Part shown: one piece after another, positions 41,846-54,570 of the stretch | Layout of the letters: every line of letters starts with the position of its first letter | Position numbering within the stretch: the stretch's first letter is position 1 | Source: Eledone cirrhosa | Lineage: Eukaryota | NCBI GenBank assembly: GCA_964016885.1 | Contig: OZ024757.1 | Location: forward strand, 8,990,001-9,054,000 | Direction of reading: 5' to 3' | Length of the DNA: 64,000 nucleotides | Translations under genes and position numbers: made by a program | Notes under the pieces: model-generated | Database searches by the model: none | What the model saw: the letters and a program-made list of their open reading frames with translations, nothing else | What the model was told of the DNA's origin: nothing

Positions 41846-42585
41846 GGTGGTGCTACATGGTAGTGAAACATGGGTTGTAACTGCAGAGGACATGTGGTGC
41901 TACATGGTAGTGAAACATGGGCAGTGACTGCAGAGGATGTGGTGCTACATGGTAGTGAAACATGGGCTGTGACTACAGAGGACATGTGGTGCTACATGGT
42001 AGTGAAACATGGGCAGTGACTGCAGAGGACATGTGATGCTACATGGTAGTGAAACTTGGGCTGTGACTGCAGAGGATATGTGGTGCTACATGGTAGTTTA
42101 AACATGGGTAGTGACTGCAGAGGACATGTGGTGCTACATGGTAGTGAAACATGGGCTGTGACGGCAGAGGACATGTGATGCTGCATGGTAGTGAAACATG
42201 GGTTGTGACTGCAGAAGACATGTGGTACTACATGGTAGTGAAAGATGGGCAGTGACTGCAGAGGCTATGTTGTGCTACATGGCAGTGACTGCAGAGGACA
42301 TGTGGTGCTACATGGTAGTGAAACATGGGCTGTGGCTGCAGAGGACATGTGATGCTACATGGTAGTGAAACATGGGCAGTGACTGCAGAGGATATGTGAT
42401 GCCGCATGGTAGTGAAACATGGGCAGTGACTGCCGAGGATATGTGATGCTGCATGGTAGTGAAATATGGGCTGTGACTGCAGAGGATATGTGATGCTGCA
42501 TGGTAGTGAAACATGGGCTGTGACTGCAGAGGCTATGTGGTGCTACATGGTAGTGAAACATGGGCAGTGACTGCCGAAGATATGC
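41846..42585 (+). repeat. 47-bp minisatellite, about 16 copies, derived from RTE coding sequence
   Basis: GGTGCTACATGGTAGTGAAACATGGGCAGTGACTGCAGAGGACATGT encodes VLHGSETWAVTAEDM. Confidence 0.95.
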
Positions 42586-43129
42586 ATTGTCTTGAAAGAA
42601 ATGAAGCAGCCATGCTTCAGTGGATGTGCAATCGAAATGTGGAAGAAAGACAGAGCCTGGATGAACTGAGGGAGAAACTGGGTTTAAGAGGAATCCGAAG
42701 TGGTGTGCAAGACAGAAGACTGTGTTGGTACGGACATTTGGTGTACATAGATGATGATCATTGGGTGAAGAAGTGCCAGGGAATCCCAGAGGAACAAAGC
42801 TACAGTAGAGGTAGACCAAGAAAGACCTGGACAGAGGTGATGAAAGCTGATCTTAAAAATGATGACACAGGATTGAGATAACTGGTGTTATGTAGTTATA
42901 CTGAGGACTTGCCCTCCAATAGGCATGGTTAACGTATTCATCTGGTATGCACATCCTACCATGCCTCCCCCTTTCCTCCAATTCCCACGGCCTAACACAC
43001 CTCCCTCTACCAATGTCCTAACACTCCACATGCACCCTAACACTCCACCCTTCACCAGGTAAGTGCCCCACATTAGATCAATCCCATGCACCTCCCCCAT
43101 CCCAGCCTATATTCTACAATATAATGTGG

Positions 43130-43555
43130 TCGTCTTGTTGCCACAATAAATAGTACCCAGTCCACACTGTAAACTAGTCATTTCGGTGCCACAATAAATA
43201 GTGCCCAGTCCACACTGTAAAGTAGTCATGTTGGTGCCATGATAGTATCCAGTCCACACTGTAAAGTAGTCATGTTGGTGCCATGATAGTGCCCAGTCCA
43301 CACTGTAAAGTAGTCATTTTAGTGCCACAACAAATAGTACCCAGTCCACACTATAAAGTAGTCATTTTGGTGACATGATATTGTCCAGTCCACACTGTAA
43401 AGTAGTCATGTTTGTGCCACAACAAATAGTGCCCAGTCCACACTGTAAAGTAGTCATTTTGGTGCCACAACAAATAGTGTCCAGTCCACACTGTAAAGTA
43501 GTCATTTTGGTGATACTGCAGAAAGCACCCAGTACACACTGCAAAGTAGTTGGCG
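43130..43555 (+). repeat. About 45-48 bp minisatellite, about 9 copies, in an RTE UTR
   Basis: CCCAGTCCACACTGTAAAGTAGTCAT repeated. Confidence 0.9.
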
Positions 43556-43789
43556 TTATGAATGGCATCCAGTCATGGAAACCAAGACACGGTCATCTGA
43601 TCTGAATTGTCTCACAATAGGACAACTCATCTAACCCATGCTAGCATGGAGAAATGGTCATTAAACAGTGATGATGATGATTATGATGATGAAAGTCTAC
43701 GGTGGTGAGACCACAAATCAAGGGAGTAGTCTATTGATGTGAAGAAGTAGAGTGGGTATAGAGGAAGGTAAAAACATACCTGTGACATG

Positions 43790-45215
43790 AGTGTGTAACC
43801 TAGTAGTTAGTGACTTTATAGTTATGACTAGAGCAACTCAGAGACAGAGGGCAACCTGGAGAAGAAGAATATGGAAGATAAAGGAGCCCTCAGCCAGGAA
43901 CAAATTTAGAGATATTTTGTTTGACACTTTTCACAGTAAAGAAGATATAGAGACTCATAAGATAGAGGAGGTGTTGGTGTTATATATATGTATGCTCTGA
44001 TGGATGAGCAGCATTAGGAAACTGAGGGAATAAGTTGGTATAAGAGAAAGTAGATGTAGTGTGCTAGAGAGAAGACTACGTTGGTATGGACATGTGATGT
44101 GTATGAAAGATAGCAGCTGCATAAAGAAATGGAGAAAAACTGATGTGGTTAGGACCATTGGAAGAGGCAGACCCAGGAAGACATGGGATGAGTGTGTGAA
44201 GACCTTAAAAGACCTCACAACAGAAATGACAAAGGACCACAAGGTCTGGCACTATGTTAAGATAGTGAAGACCTGGTCAACAGCATACACTGTGGCCTGA
44301 CCTATCCCCTTATCTTCCCTCTCCCTAGCACTCCCTAACAGGTATTTCTCACTACACCCCCCCCCCCCCCACTCCTTATCTGCTGCCCCCTTCAAAACCT
44401 CTAGAATCCCTCACATTTCACAATCTAGTAGACACTCCCCTCACTGTTATGTACTCCATCCATGCCCCCTCCACTAGTATTCCCTAGCAGCTCCCCTCAT
44501 CTCCACTAAATACCCCGACTCCATCCATGCCCCCCTCCACTAGTACTCCCTAGCAGCTCTCCTCATCTCCACAAAATACCCCCACTCCATCCATGCCATC
44601 TCCACTAGTACACCCTAGCAGCTCTCCTCATCGTCACTAAATACCCCCACTCCATCCATGCCACCTCCCTCTAGTATTTATCCCTTAGCTTCTGTCTCCC
44701 CCACTATAAACCCTTAGAACCCTTCACTATCACTCCTTAGTAGCTACCATGCCCCTTCCCTATCACTCTGCTATTCTCTCCATCACTACACCTCCCTGTT
44801 CCTGACATTGGTGAGTGCCACCCCCACCACTTTAGTGTTCTCATCTTCATGGAAAAAGACAGGAGACAGGTGAAGAGGACCCTTCAGTGGTGTCAAAGAC
44901 AGGACAATGTTCCTAGTGTTGGTGATCTACAAGATAAACACACCCACTACATGCTATAAAGTTGGTGCTAGGAAGGGTATCCAGCCATAGAAAGCTTGCC
45001 ATACAAAGTGCTGGGAGGACCCTTCACTTGTGTTAAAGACATGACAACCTCTCCTGTGCACTTGATAGTATGTGAGATCATACATAAGAGAGATAACAGA
45101 CTCCTAACCATCCTGGAAGACAGCAGCCGTGCATCAGTACTGACTTAGTCTATCTATACTCATCTATCCCTTACTAGCAAGGTAAGCAGACATTAAAATG
45201 ATGATGATGATAATA
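43790..45215 (+). mobile_element. Decayed RTE fragments and 3' UTR with a ~65-bp x3 repeat (44455-44680)
   Basis: ERRLRWYGHV..GRGRPRKTW; (GAT)n near 45200. Confidence 0.75.
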
Positions 45216-45647
45216 TATATATATGTCTTTGTAGTAAAAGAAATGTTTTCCCACAGTGTTCTCTTATGGACATGGCCACCACGAAGTGACCTGTGACCTC
45301 GCAGAGAAGACAACAGATATATTTTCTGGGGGCTAGGTTTTACAGCATCATTCCTACAAAGGAGAACATATTCTGGGGCCATCTGTTATTTATCAAAAAT
45401 AGCTAGCTGTCATTATAAATAGGCTGTCCTGTGGTCCTAACTCAGTCATCTTCCTCTTCATATAAACAACACAGCTCCCTTGCCACTGCTTACTACTACC
45501 TCTATTGGTACATACTGTCTGACTTCAACTTGTCAATGTTTAATCAAACATAGCATATTAAACAAAGATTCTCCAGCACAACACAGGAGCCTTATTATAC
45601 AACACTATATTCATTTGTAAATACTACAATCAAATATTTATGATATG

Positions 45648-45835
45648 AGGGTGGTGAATTGGCAGTATCGGTAGAGGGTTGGATGCCATGCTTTCTAGCA
45701 TAGTTACGTCCCTTTACAGTCTGAGTTCAAATCCCGCCGAGGTTAACTTTGCTTTTCATCCTTACAGGGTCGATAAAATAAAGTACCAGTAATGTACTGG
45801 TTAATTGCTGGCCTTGTGCCTAAAGTAGAAACAAT
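45648..45835 (+). mobile_element. Nin/Deu-domain tRNA SINE, full length
   Basis: GGTGGTGAATTGGCAG head, GAGTTCAAATCCC B box, Nin core, GGCCTTGTGCC tail. Confidence 0.88.
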
Positions 45836-46100
45836 TATATTTATGATTTGAAGTAATCAGATTTTTTTACCTTTTTGCTGATGTGAAGTAACTTATATCT
45901 AACCAGAATTATTGGCATTTGTCTTGTTTATCATCCTCTTTCATAATAACCACTAACTTCCCTTCATGTCTACACACAGCCACATGTCTAATTCTCTTAA
46001 TTTAAAATGTTTAAAAGTGAGTTGGCTGCTATTTCTAGCACATCGAGTAACAAGGTAAGAGACTGCTTCGTTGATATGTAATAATTATTTTATTGGGTGA

Positions 46101-47075
<975 letters not shown>

Positions 47076-47222
47076 TCATCTGCATATTCATCAAAATAAT
47101 TTGAAATATTTGTTTTTCCTTTTTTCCCTTTTTCTCTCTTTCCTTTCACTATCCAGGAGAAACTCGAACCGTTAAGGTATCATTCCTGGGTATGTCACTA
47201 TTTATAAAACAACCTTTGTATT

Positions 47223-47272
47223 TTATCTGATGAGAGCGTACAAAAGTTTTGGTACCCTTGAAATATGTATAA
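47223..47272 (+). ncRNA. Degenerate hammerhead motif
   Basis: TTAT-CTGATGA-GAGCGTAC..GTACCCTT-GAAA-TATGT-ATAA. Confidence 0.5.
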
Positions 47273-47323
47273 TAGAATAAATATGGTTTTATAAATATAG
47301 TTTCCATTTATTAATATCATCTC

Positions 47324-47363
<40 letters not shown>

Positions 47364-47465
47364 TTGCAAGAGATGTCAACATTAAAGGATTTGTTATTTT
47401 TATCTAAAGACATTTTTCCAATTCCATCCCGCCCATCCCCTCAATCTATTTTATTTCTTATTCTT

Positions 47466-47501
47466 TCTTCTGATGAAGGACTAGCGTCCGAAACGTTAAG
47501 A
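47466..47501 (+). ncRNA. Minimal type I hammerhead ribozyme
   Basis: TCTT-CTGATGA-A-GGAC-TAGC-GTCC-GAAA-CGTT-AAGA; palindromic AACGTT. Confidence 0.85.
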
Positions 47502-47828
47502 CCCTCTTCCTGCTATATCAATCGTTAACCTAATATATACCTTCCATATACTGTACCGATTGTGTTGTTATTTCTGTTTACCTTATATATATATATATAG
47601 TATGTATATATACTATATATATATATTGGTGTGTTTTTCATTATGTATTTCCCCTTCCTCAATGCTACTCTCTTTCATGCACCTTATATTGAGTACTACA
47701 TTCTTGTCAACATCACAACTGCCAGCTACAGTTATAAGCTGCAAAGTAGAAGTTTTAATCACGATTAGGTGTAGATTATATACATTATTTATTATATACA
47801 CACCTCTCTAACTATATATATATATATA

Positions 47829-49395
47829 CTAAAAGTAAGCCACTCTACTTGGCAGTTGTCGACCTTGAGAAAGCCTTTGACAGAGTTCGACGTGCTGTAA
47901 TCTGGTGGGCTCTTAGAAAACTAGGAGTAGATGAATGGCTCGTGAAAGCGGTACAAGCCATGTATAGGGGAGCAGTCAAAGTTAGGATTAGCAATGAGTA
48001 TAGTGAGGAATTTAGCGTACAGGTTGGGGTCCACCAGGTCTCTGTTCTTAGTCCCCTCCTGTTCATCATGGTCCTGCAGGCAATAATGGAGGAGTTTAAG
48101 ACCGGATGCCCATGGGAACTCCTGTATGCTGATGACCTCGCACTCATAGCTGAATCTATGGTAGAACTAGAGAATAAATTCCAAACTTGGAAGCAGGGAC
48201 TAGAAAGAAAGGGTCTCAAAGTCAACATGACAAAGACTAAAGTCCTTGTAAGTAGACGAGAAAACAGAACCCAGATCCCCTCAGGGAAATGGCCTTGCTC
48301 AGTATGTAGGAAAGGTGTAGGTAGGAACTCCATTCTCTGCCCCAAATGCAAACAATGGGTACACAAGAGATGTAGCGGGATCTCAGGAAGCTTAATTAAG
48401 AATGTAGGCTTCACATGCAGCAGCTGTGCTGAAAAAGCAAGCAGCAAACAGCCACAGGAAACAAGTACCACCAATCTCTGGGAGGGCTCTGTAGAAACAG
48501 TAGACAGCTTCTGCTACCTAGGTGACCGAATTAGCAGCGGAGGTGGGTGTTCAGAAAGTACAATAACTAGGGTAAGAACGGGATGGAAGAAGTTTAGGGA
48601 ACTACTGCCACTGCTAGCTGCCTGCAAAAGGCTTCTCCCTCAGAATGAAAGGCAGACTGTATGATGTGTGTATCCGAACAGCGATGTTGCATGGTAGTGA
48701 GACCTGGACGCTGAAGGTGGAAGACTTACGTAGATTAGAGAGAAACGAAGCCTGCATGCTCCGATGGATGTGTAACAGTAACATACGTGAACGACAAAGC
48801 ATAAATGAATTGAGAGAGAGACTGAGCATAAGAGGAATCAAATGCTGTGTGCAGGAGAGGCGGTTGCGCTGGTATGGACATGTGATGCGTATGAAGGATG
48901 ACAGGTGAATAAAAAAGGTGCAGAGCACTAGAAGTTGATGGAAACCGCGGAGTGGGGAGACCCAAGAAGACCTGGGATGAGGTGATAAAAGCCGACCTTA
49001 CCCAATTACACCTCTCAAAGGCGATGACACACGACCGTGACCTCTGGCGTCACACAGTAATACAGGGTACCCGACCTCCCATGGGTACAAGCTGAAGCAT
49101 ATAGACAATATGCCCCACACCCCCCACTGCAAGGTGGTCGTGGAGGTGCCACGGCAAAAAAGCACCCAGTCCACACTGTAAAGTGGACGTGTAGGCGCCA
49201 CGAAAAAGCACCCAGCACTCACTGTAAATGAGGTTGGTGTTAGGAAGGGCATCCAGCTGTAGAAATCAAGCCAAATCAGTTCCTGTATGAGCAAGGCATG
49301 GTCAGCCGACCAGACACTGCCCAGAACAGGACAACCCGTCTAACCCATGCTAGCGTGGAAGAACGGATGTAAAACGGTGATGATGATGATGATGA
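47829..49395 (+). mobile_element. 5'-truncated RTE family 2
   Basis: DLEKAFDRV..LLYADDL..PHD-like..WYGHV; nearly identical to 52618-54178. Confidence 0.97.
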
Positions 49396-49488
49396 TACAT
49401 ACACACACACATATATATACACACATACACACACACATACATATACACACACAGACACACATATACACACACATACACATACAAATAT

Positions 49489-49519
<31 letters not shown>

Positions 49520-49925
49520 TACACTCATATATATACACAAACACATATATATATATATACACACACACATACTATTTACCTTGTGCAACAGACTCTTTAT
49601 GAGGACTTGATCTGATTGGATTTGACCAGCTTTTAACATGACGTGTGCATTCTTCAGCATCTGGTGGATGTGGTATTTCAGGATGACGGTGTTGTGATCA
49701 TGATCTAGGAACTGGTATATGAAGGAACGGTAGACACAGGCATATATAGAGAAACAAATGGCTATGTTATATACACAAGATGTGGAGGTGGGCAGTAATT
49801 AAATTTAGACCAGCTAATCCCATATTCCTGGTTCGTGTCCTTAAGCTGCCAGATTTTATTGGCCAGCGTTGTCTACGGTTCTTCATAGAGTGTGTGAACA
49901 TACCATCTTTTTATCTTTTATGTAT

Positions 49926-50219
49926 ATCATCATCATCATCATCATCACCGTTTTACGTCCGTTCTTTCATGCTAGCATGGGTTATACAGGTTGTCCTGTT
50001 GTGGGCAATACCTGGTCGGCTGACCATGCCTTGCTCATACAGGAACTGATTTTGGCTTGATTTCTACAGCTGGATGCCCTTCCTAACACCAACCACATTT
50101 ACAGTGAGTGCTGGGTGCTTTTTTCCGTGGTGCCTACACGTACACTTTATAGTGTGGGCTGTGTGCTTTTTTGCCGTGGCACCTCCACGAACACTTTGCA
50201 GTGGGAGGGTGTGGGGGCA
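49926..50219 (-). mobile_element. RTE family 2 3' UTR fragment
   Basis: Inverted homolog of 49110-49395. Confidence 0.9.
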
Positions 50220-50271
50220 TATATATATATACATATATCTTTTATGTATATATATATATACATATATACAT

Positions 50272-50609
50272 GGAAGCACATGGCTTAGTGGTTAGAGCAT
50301 TGGCCTTGCAATCGAAAGGTTGTGAGTTCAATTCTCAGACCAGGTGATGTGTTGTTTCCTTGAGCAAGACACTTTATTTCACATTGCTCCAGTTTACTCA
50401 GCTGTAGAAATGAGATGATAGGGACTGAGATCCCTATCATTCCACTGCAAAGTGGTTGTGAAGGTGCCACAGCAAAACAGCACCCAGCACACAATGTAAA
50501 TGAGGTTGGTGTTAGGAAGGGCATCCAGCTGTAGAAATCAAGCCAGGATCAGTTCCCGTCCCACCCTTGCAAGCAGGGAAAAGCGGAGGTAAAATGAGGA
50601 TGATGATGA
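50272..50609 (+). mobile_element. tRNA-CORE-RTE SINE
   Basis: Same family as 33382. Confidence 0.92.
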
Positions 50610-50929
50610 TAGTTCTGGTGATAAACACAGTGAAGGAGGCAGAGACTGGGTCAAGTCTGGCCATAGTTGGCCCCATTGCGCTTTGCTCTGGTGAGGACTG
50701 TTAGGTATTTTATAACTGGAGGCCCTTCCTAACACCAACCACACAAAGCAAGGATATAAATAAAGGGAGACTTTACCTTGATGATCAGGGAAAGTATAGG
50801 GTCAGAGAAATCTGACAGTTTGTGACCCCTAAACAGGACATCAAGTAATACATGCTTCCATGGTTGAGAAAGGATCTGGCTTTCTAGAGAGAGAGGAAGA
50901 GAAAGTGTGTGTGAGAGAGAGAAGAAGAA

Positions 50930-51506
50930 GCTTTACCTCATAACATTTACATTACTCTATATATACCATTGTATTTCCATGGTAAAGGCTTTACCTCACA
51001 TAGTATCTCACATAACATTTACATTACTCTATATATACTATTGTATTTTCACAGTAAAGGCTTTACCTCACATAATATCTCACATAACATTTACATTACT
51101 CTATATATACTATTGTATTTTCACAGTAAAGGCTTTACCTCACATAGTATCTCACATAACATTTACATTACTCTATATATACTATTGTATTTTCACAGTA
51201 AAGTCTTTACCTCACATAATATCTCACATAACATTTACATTACTCTATATATACTATTGTATTGTCACAGTAAAGGCTTTACCTCACATAATATCTCACA
51301 TAACATTTACATTACTCTATATATACTATTGTATTTTCACAGTAAAGGCTTTATCATAAATAATATCGAATCTATGAGATTTTGAAAGTATTTATTTTGA
51401 GAACAATACCTTAACATCAGTTTCAATGACCAGTTTCAGCCAGTTTCAACAGAAAGAAGTAGAGAATTCTAGCCAGTTTGGGCCGGTTTGAACATTAAAG
51501 GATTAA
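50930..51506. repeat. 72-bp minisatellite (about 6 copies) within a relative of the TTAA MITE
   Basis: The unit and the following sequence align with the reverse complement of 16819-17020. Confidence 0.85.
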
Positions 51507-51829
51507 TAGGCTGATAGGACAATAGTTCCCACAATCAAGTCTGCTACCTTTTTTTAGAGTACAACTATCAATGCTTTCTTGAACATATTTGGGCTTTTTT
51601 CCTGTAGTGATAAAACAGTTAAAAAGATGTTGAAATACTTTGATAATTGGTTCACCTTCAGCTTTGATGGATATGTACTTACCTGTGAAAGGATTGTTGG
51701 TGTTGAGGTAGTCAACATATGAAGGAGACACTGTACTGAGTCTTGTCCAATGCAAAGTTTCTGTGGAAGAGAGAGGAATCACCAACAAATTCTTGCTTGA
51801 TATAAATATATATATATATATATATATAA

Positions 51830-54178
51830 GGTAGATGAAGCAGTCAAGGCCAAGAGACAGGCATGGAAAGAATGGAAGAACGGGGGGAGCAGGGTACATT
51901 ACATAGAGACCAAGAGGGAAGCTAGGCGACAAGTATACTTAGCTAGGAGGGAAGCAGAGGATAGAAAATTCAAGCATGTTTTACAACGTGAGGACCAGAA
52001 ACAGGAGGTATTCAAGATTGCGAGGCAGTGTGTCAGAGATAGTTGTGATGTCATTGGAGAGAAGTGTATCCGGAATGATAAAGGTGAGCTTGCCCTCACA
52101 AGTGCTGAGAAGAAAGATGCATGGAAGAGTCATTATGATAGATTACTAAATGAGGAGAAAAAATGGGAAGAAGAGACCCTACCCCATGTAGACCCTATAG
52201 AGGGACCAGCAGTACAAGTCAGCGGCAGCGTAGTAAGTAAGGCAATCAGAGATATTAAGATGGGGAAGGCAAGCGGTCCATCGGGTATAGCTGCCGAGAT
52301 GCTGAAGGCATCTGGGTCTGTAGGTCACACTATAACCACACGTATCGTTAACCAGGTAATACTAGAAGGGGCCATACCAAAAGATTGGTGCAGTAGCATC
52401 ATTGTCAACTGCTACAGAGGTAAAGGCGATGCACTAGATAGAGGAAACTATAGAGGTATAAAGTTGATGGACCAGGTCATGAAAGTAACAGAAAGAGTTA
52501 TAGCACAGCTGATTAGGGACCGGGTGAATATAGACGAGATGCAATTTGGGTTTGTACCAGGGAGAGGCACCACTGATGCCCTCTTCCTTGTGAGGCAATT
52601 ACAGGAAAAGTACCTAGCTAAAAGTAAGCCACTCTACTTGGCATTTGTCGACCTTGAGAAAGCCTTTGACAGAGTTCCACGTGCGGTAATCTGGTGGGCT
52701 CTTAGAAAACTAGGAGTAGATGAATGGCTTGTGAAAGCGGTACAAGCCATGTATAGGGGAGCAGTCAGCAAAGTTAGGATTAGCAATGAGTATAGCGAGG
52801 AATTTAGCGTACAGGTTGGGGTCCACCAGGGCTCTGTTCTTAGCCCTCTCCTGTTCATCATGGTCCTGCAGGCAATAACGGAGGAGTTTAAGACCGGATG
52901 CCCATGGGAACTCCTGTATGCTGATGACCTCGCACTCATAGCTGAATCTATGGTAGAACTAGAGAATAAATTCCAAACCTGGAAGCAGGGACTAGAGAGA
53001 AAGGGCCTCAAAGTCAACATGACAAAGACTAAGGTCCTTGTAAGTAGACGAGAAAACAGAACCCAGATCCCCTCAGGGAAATAGCCTTGCTCAGTATGTA
53101 GGAAAGGTGTAGGTAGAAACTCCATTCTCTGCCCCAAATGCAAACAATGGGTACACAAGAGATGTAGCGGGATCTCAGGAAGCTTAATTAAGAATGTAGG
53201 ATTCACATGCAGCAGCTGAAACAGCAAGCAAACAGCCACAGGAAACAAGTACCACCAATCTCTGGGAGGGCCCTGTAGAAACAGTAGACAGCTTCTGCTA
53301 CCTAGGTGACCGAATTAGCAACGGAGGTGGGTGTTCAGAAAGTACAATAACTAGGGTAAGAACGGGATGGAAGAAGTTTAGGGAACTACTACCACTGCTA
53401 GCTGCAAAAGGCTTCTCCCTCAGAATGAAAGGCAGACTGTATGATGCGTGTATCCGAACAGCGATGTTGTATGGTAGTGAGACCTGGGCGCTGAAGGTGG
53501 AAGACTTACGTAGATTAGAGAGAAACGAAGCCTGCATGCTCCGATGGATGTGTAACAGTAACATACGTGAACGACAAAGCATAAAGGAATTGAGAGAGAG
53601 ACTGAGCATAAGAGGAATCAAATGCTGCGTGCAGGAGAGGCGGTTACGGTGGTATGGACATGTGATGCATATGAAGGATGACAGCTGCATAAAAAGGTGC
53701 AGAGCACTAGAAGTTGATGGAAACCGCGGAGTGGGGAGACCCAAGATGACTTGGGATGAGGTGATAAAAGCCGACCTTACCCAACTACACCTCTCAAAGA
53801 CAATGACACACGACCGTGACTTCTGGCGTCACGCAGTAATACAGGGTACCCGACCTCCCATGGGTACATGCTGAAGCATATAAATAATATGCCCCCACTC
53901 CCCCCACCGTAAGGTGGTCGTGGAGGTGCCACGGCAAAAAAAAAGCACCCAGCCCACACTGTAAAGTGGACGTGTAGGCGCCACGAAAAAGCACCCAGCA
54001 CTCACTGTAAATGAGGTTGGTGTTAGGAAGGGCATCCAGCTGTAGAAATCAAGCCAGATCAGTTCCTGTATGAGCAAGGCATGGTCAGCCGACCAGACAC
54101 TGCCCACAACAGGACAACCCGTCTAACCCATGCTAGCGTAGAAGAACAGACGTAAAACGGTGATGATGATGATGATGA
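51830..54178 (+). mobile_element. 5'-truncated RTE family 2 (RT + PHD-like finger), one stop and one frameshift
   Basis: GKASGPSG, NYRGIKL, QFGFVPG, LLYADDL; TAG at 53082; (GAT)n tail. Confidence 0.97.
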
Positions 54179-54448
54179 TCAACTAGAAATTGATTGACAT
54201 ATATATATCTAAAATAAACATAGGAAACAATCACAGGGGACAATCTGTAAAAGTGTATAAGCACACAGGAGCTATGTGGGTAACTAATTAAAGTTTAACT
54301 AGAACTTCAAAAATAGATACCTTATAACTATTTTTGAAGTTCTAGTTAAACTTGAATTAATTACCCACACTTTTTACAGATTATCCCCTGTCATTGTTTC
54401 ATATGTTTATTTTAGATATATATATATGTCAATCAATTTCTAGTTGAT
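54178..54448. repeat. About 270-bp imperfect palindrome
   Basis: ATCAACTAGAAATTGATTGACAT... / ...ATGTCAATCAATTTCTAGTTGAT with an 11-nt central spacer. Confidence 0.9.
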
Positions 54449-54570
54449 ATAAAATGCTCGGATCTATTCATTGGAATCTTGGAGCATATTTTGCAGTGGA
54501 TATGGCGCATGTCTCTCTGACATGACACCCTTACTTTAATTTAAATTTTGGATATATATATATATATATC

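Larger units (their letters stand above)
41464..43690 (+). mobile_element. 5'-truncated RTE carrying two internal minisatellites
   Basis: HGSETWAV, RRLCWYGH, GRPRKTW; (GAT)n tail at 43670-43690. Confidence 0.9.

Noticed and set aside
49612-49662. Minus-strand CTGAAGA..AAAAGCTGGTC possible decayed hammerhead
   Set aside because: Stems I and II are too weak to support it
47829-54178. Segmental duplication of the two RTE family 2 copies
   Set aside because: Similarity stops at the element boundaries and the 5' truncation points differ, consistent with independent insertions
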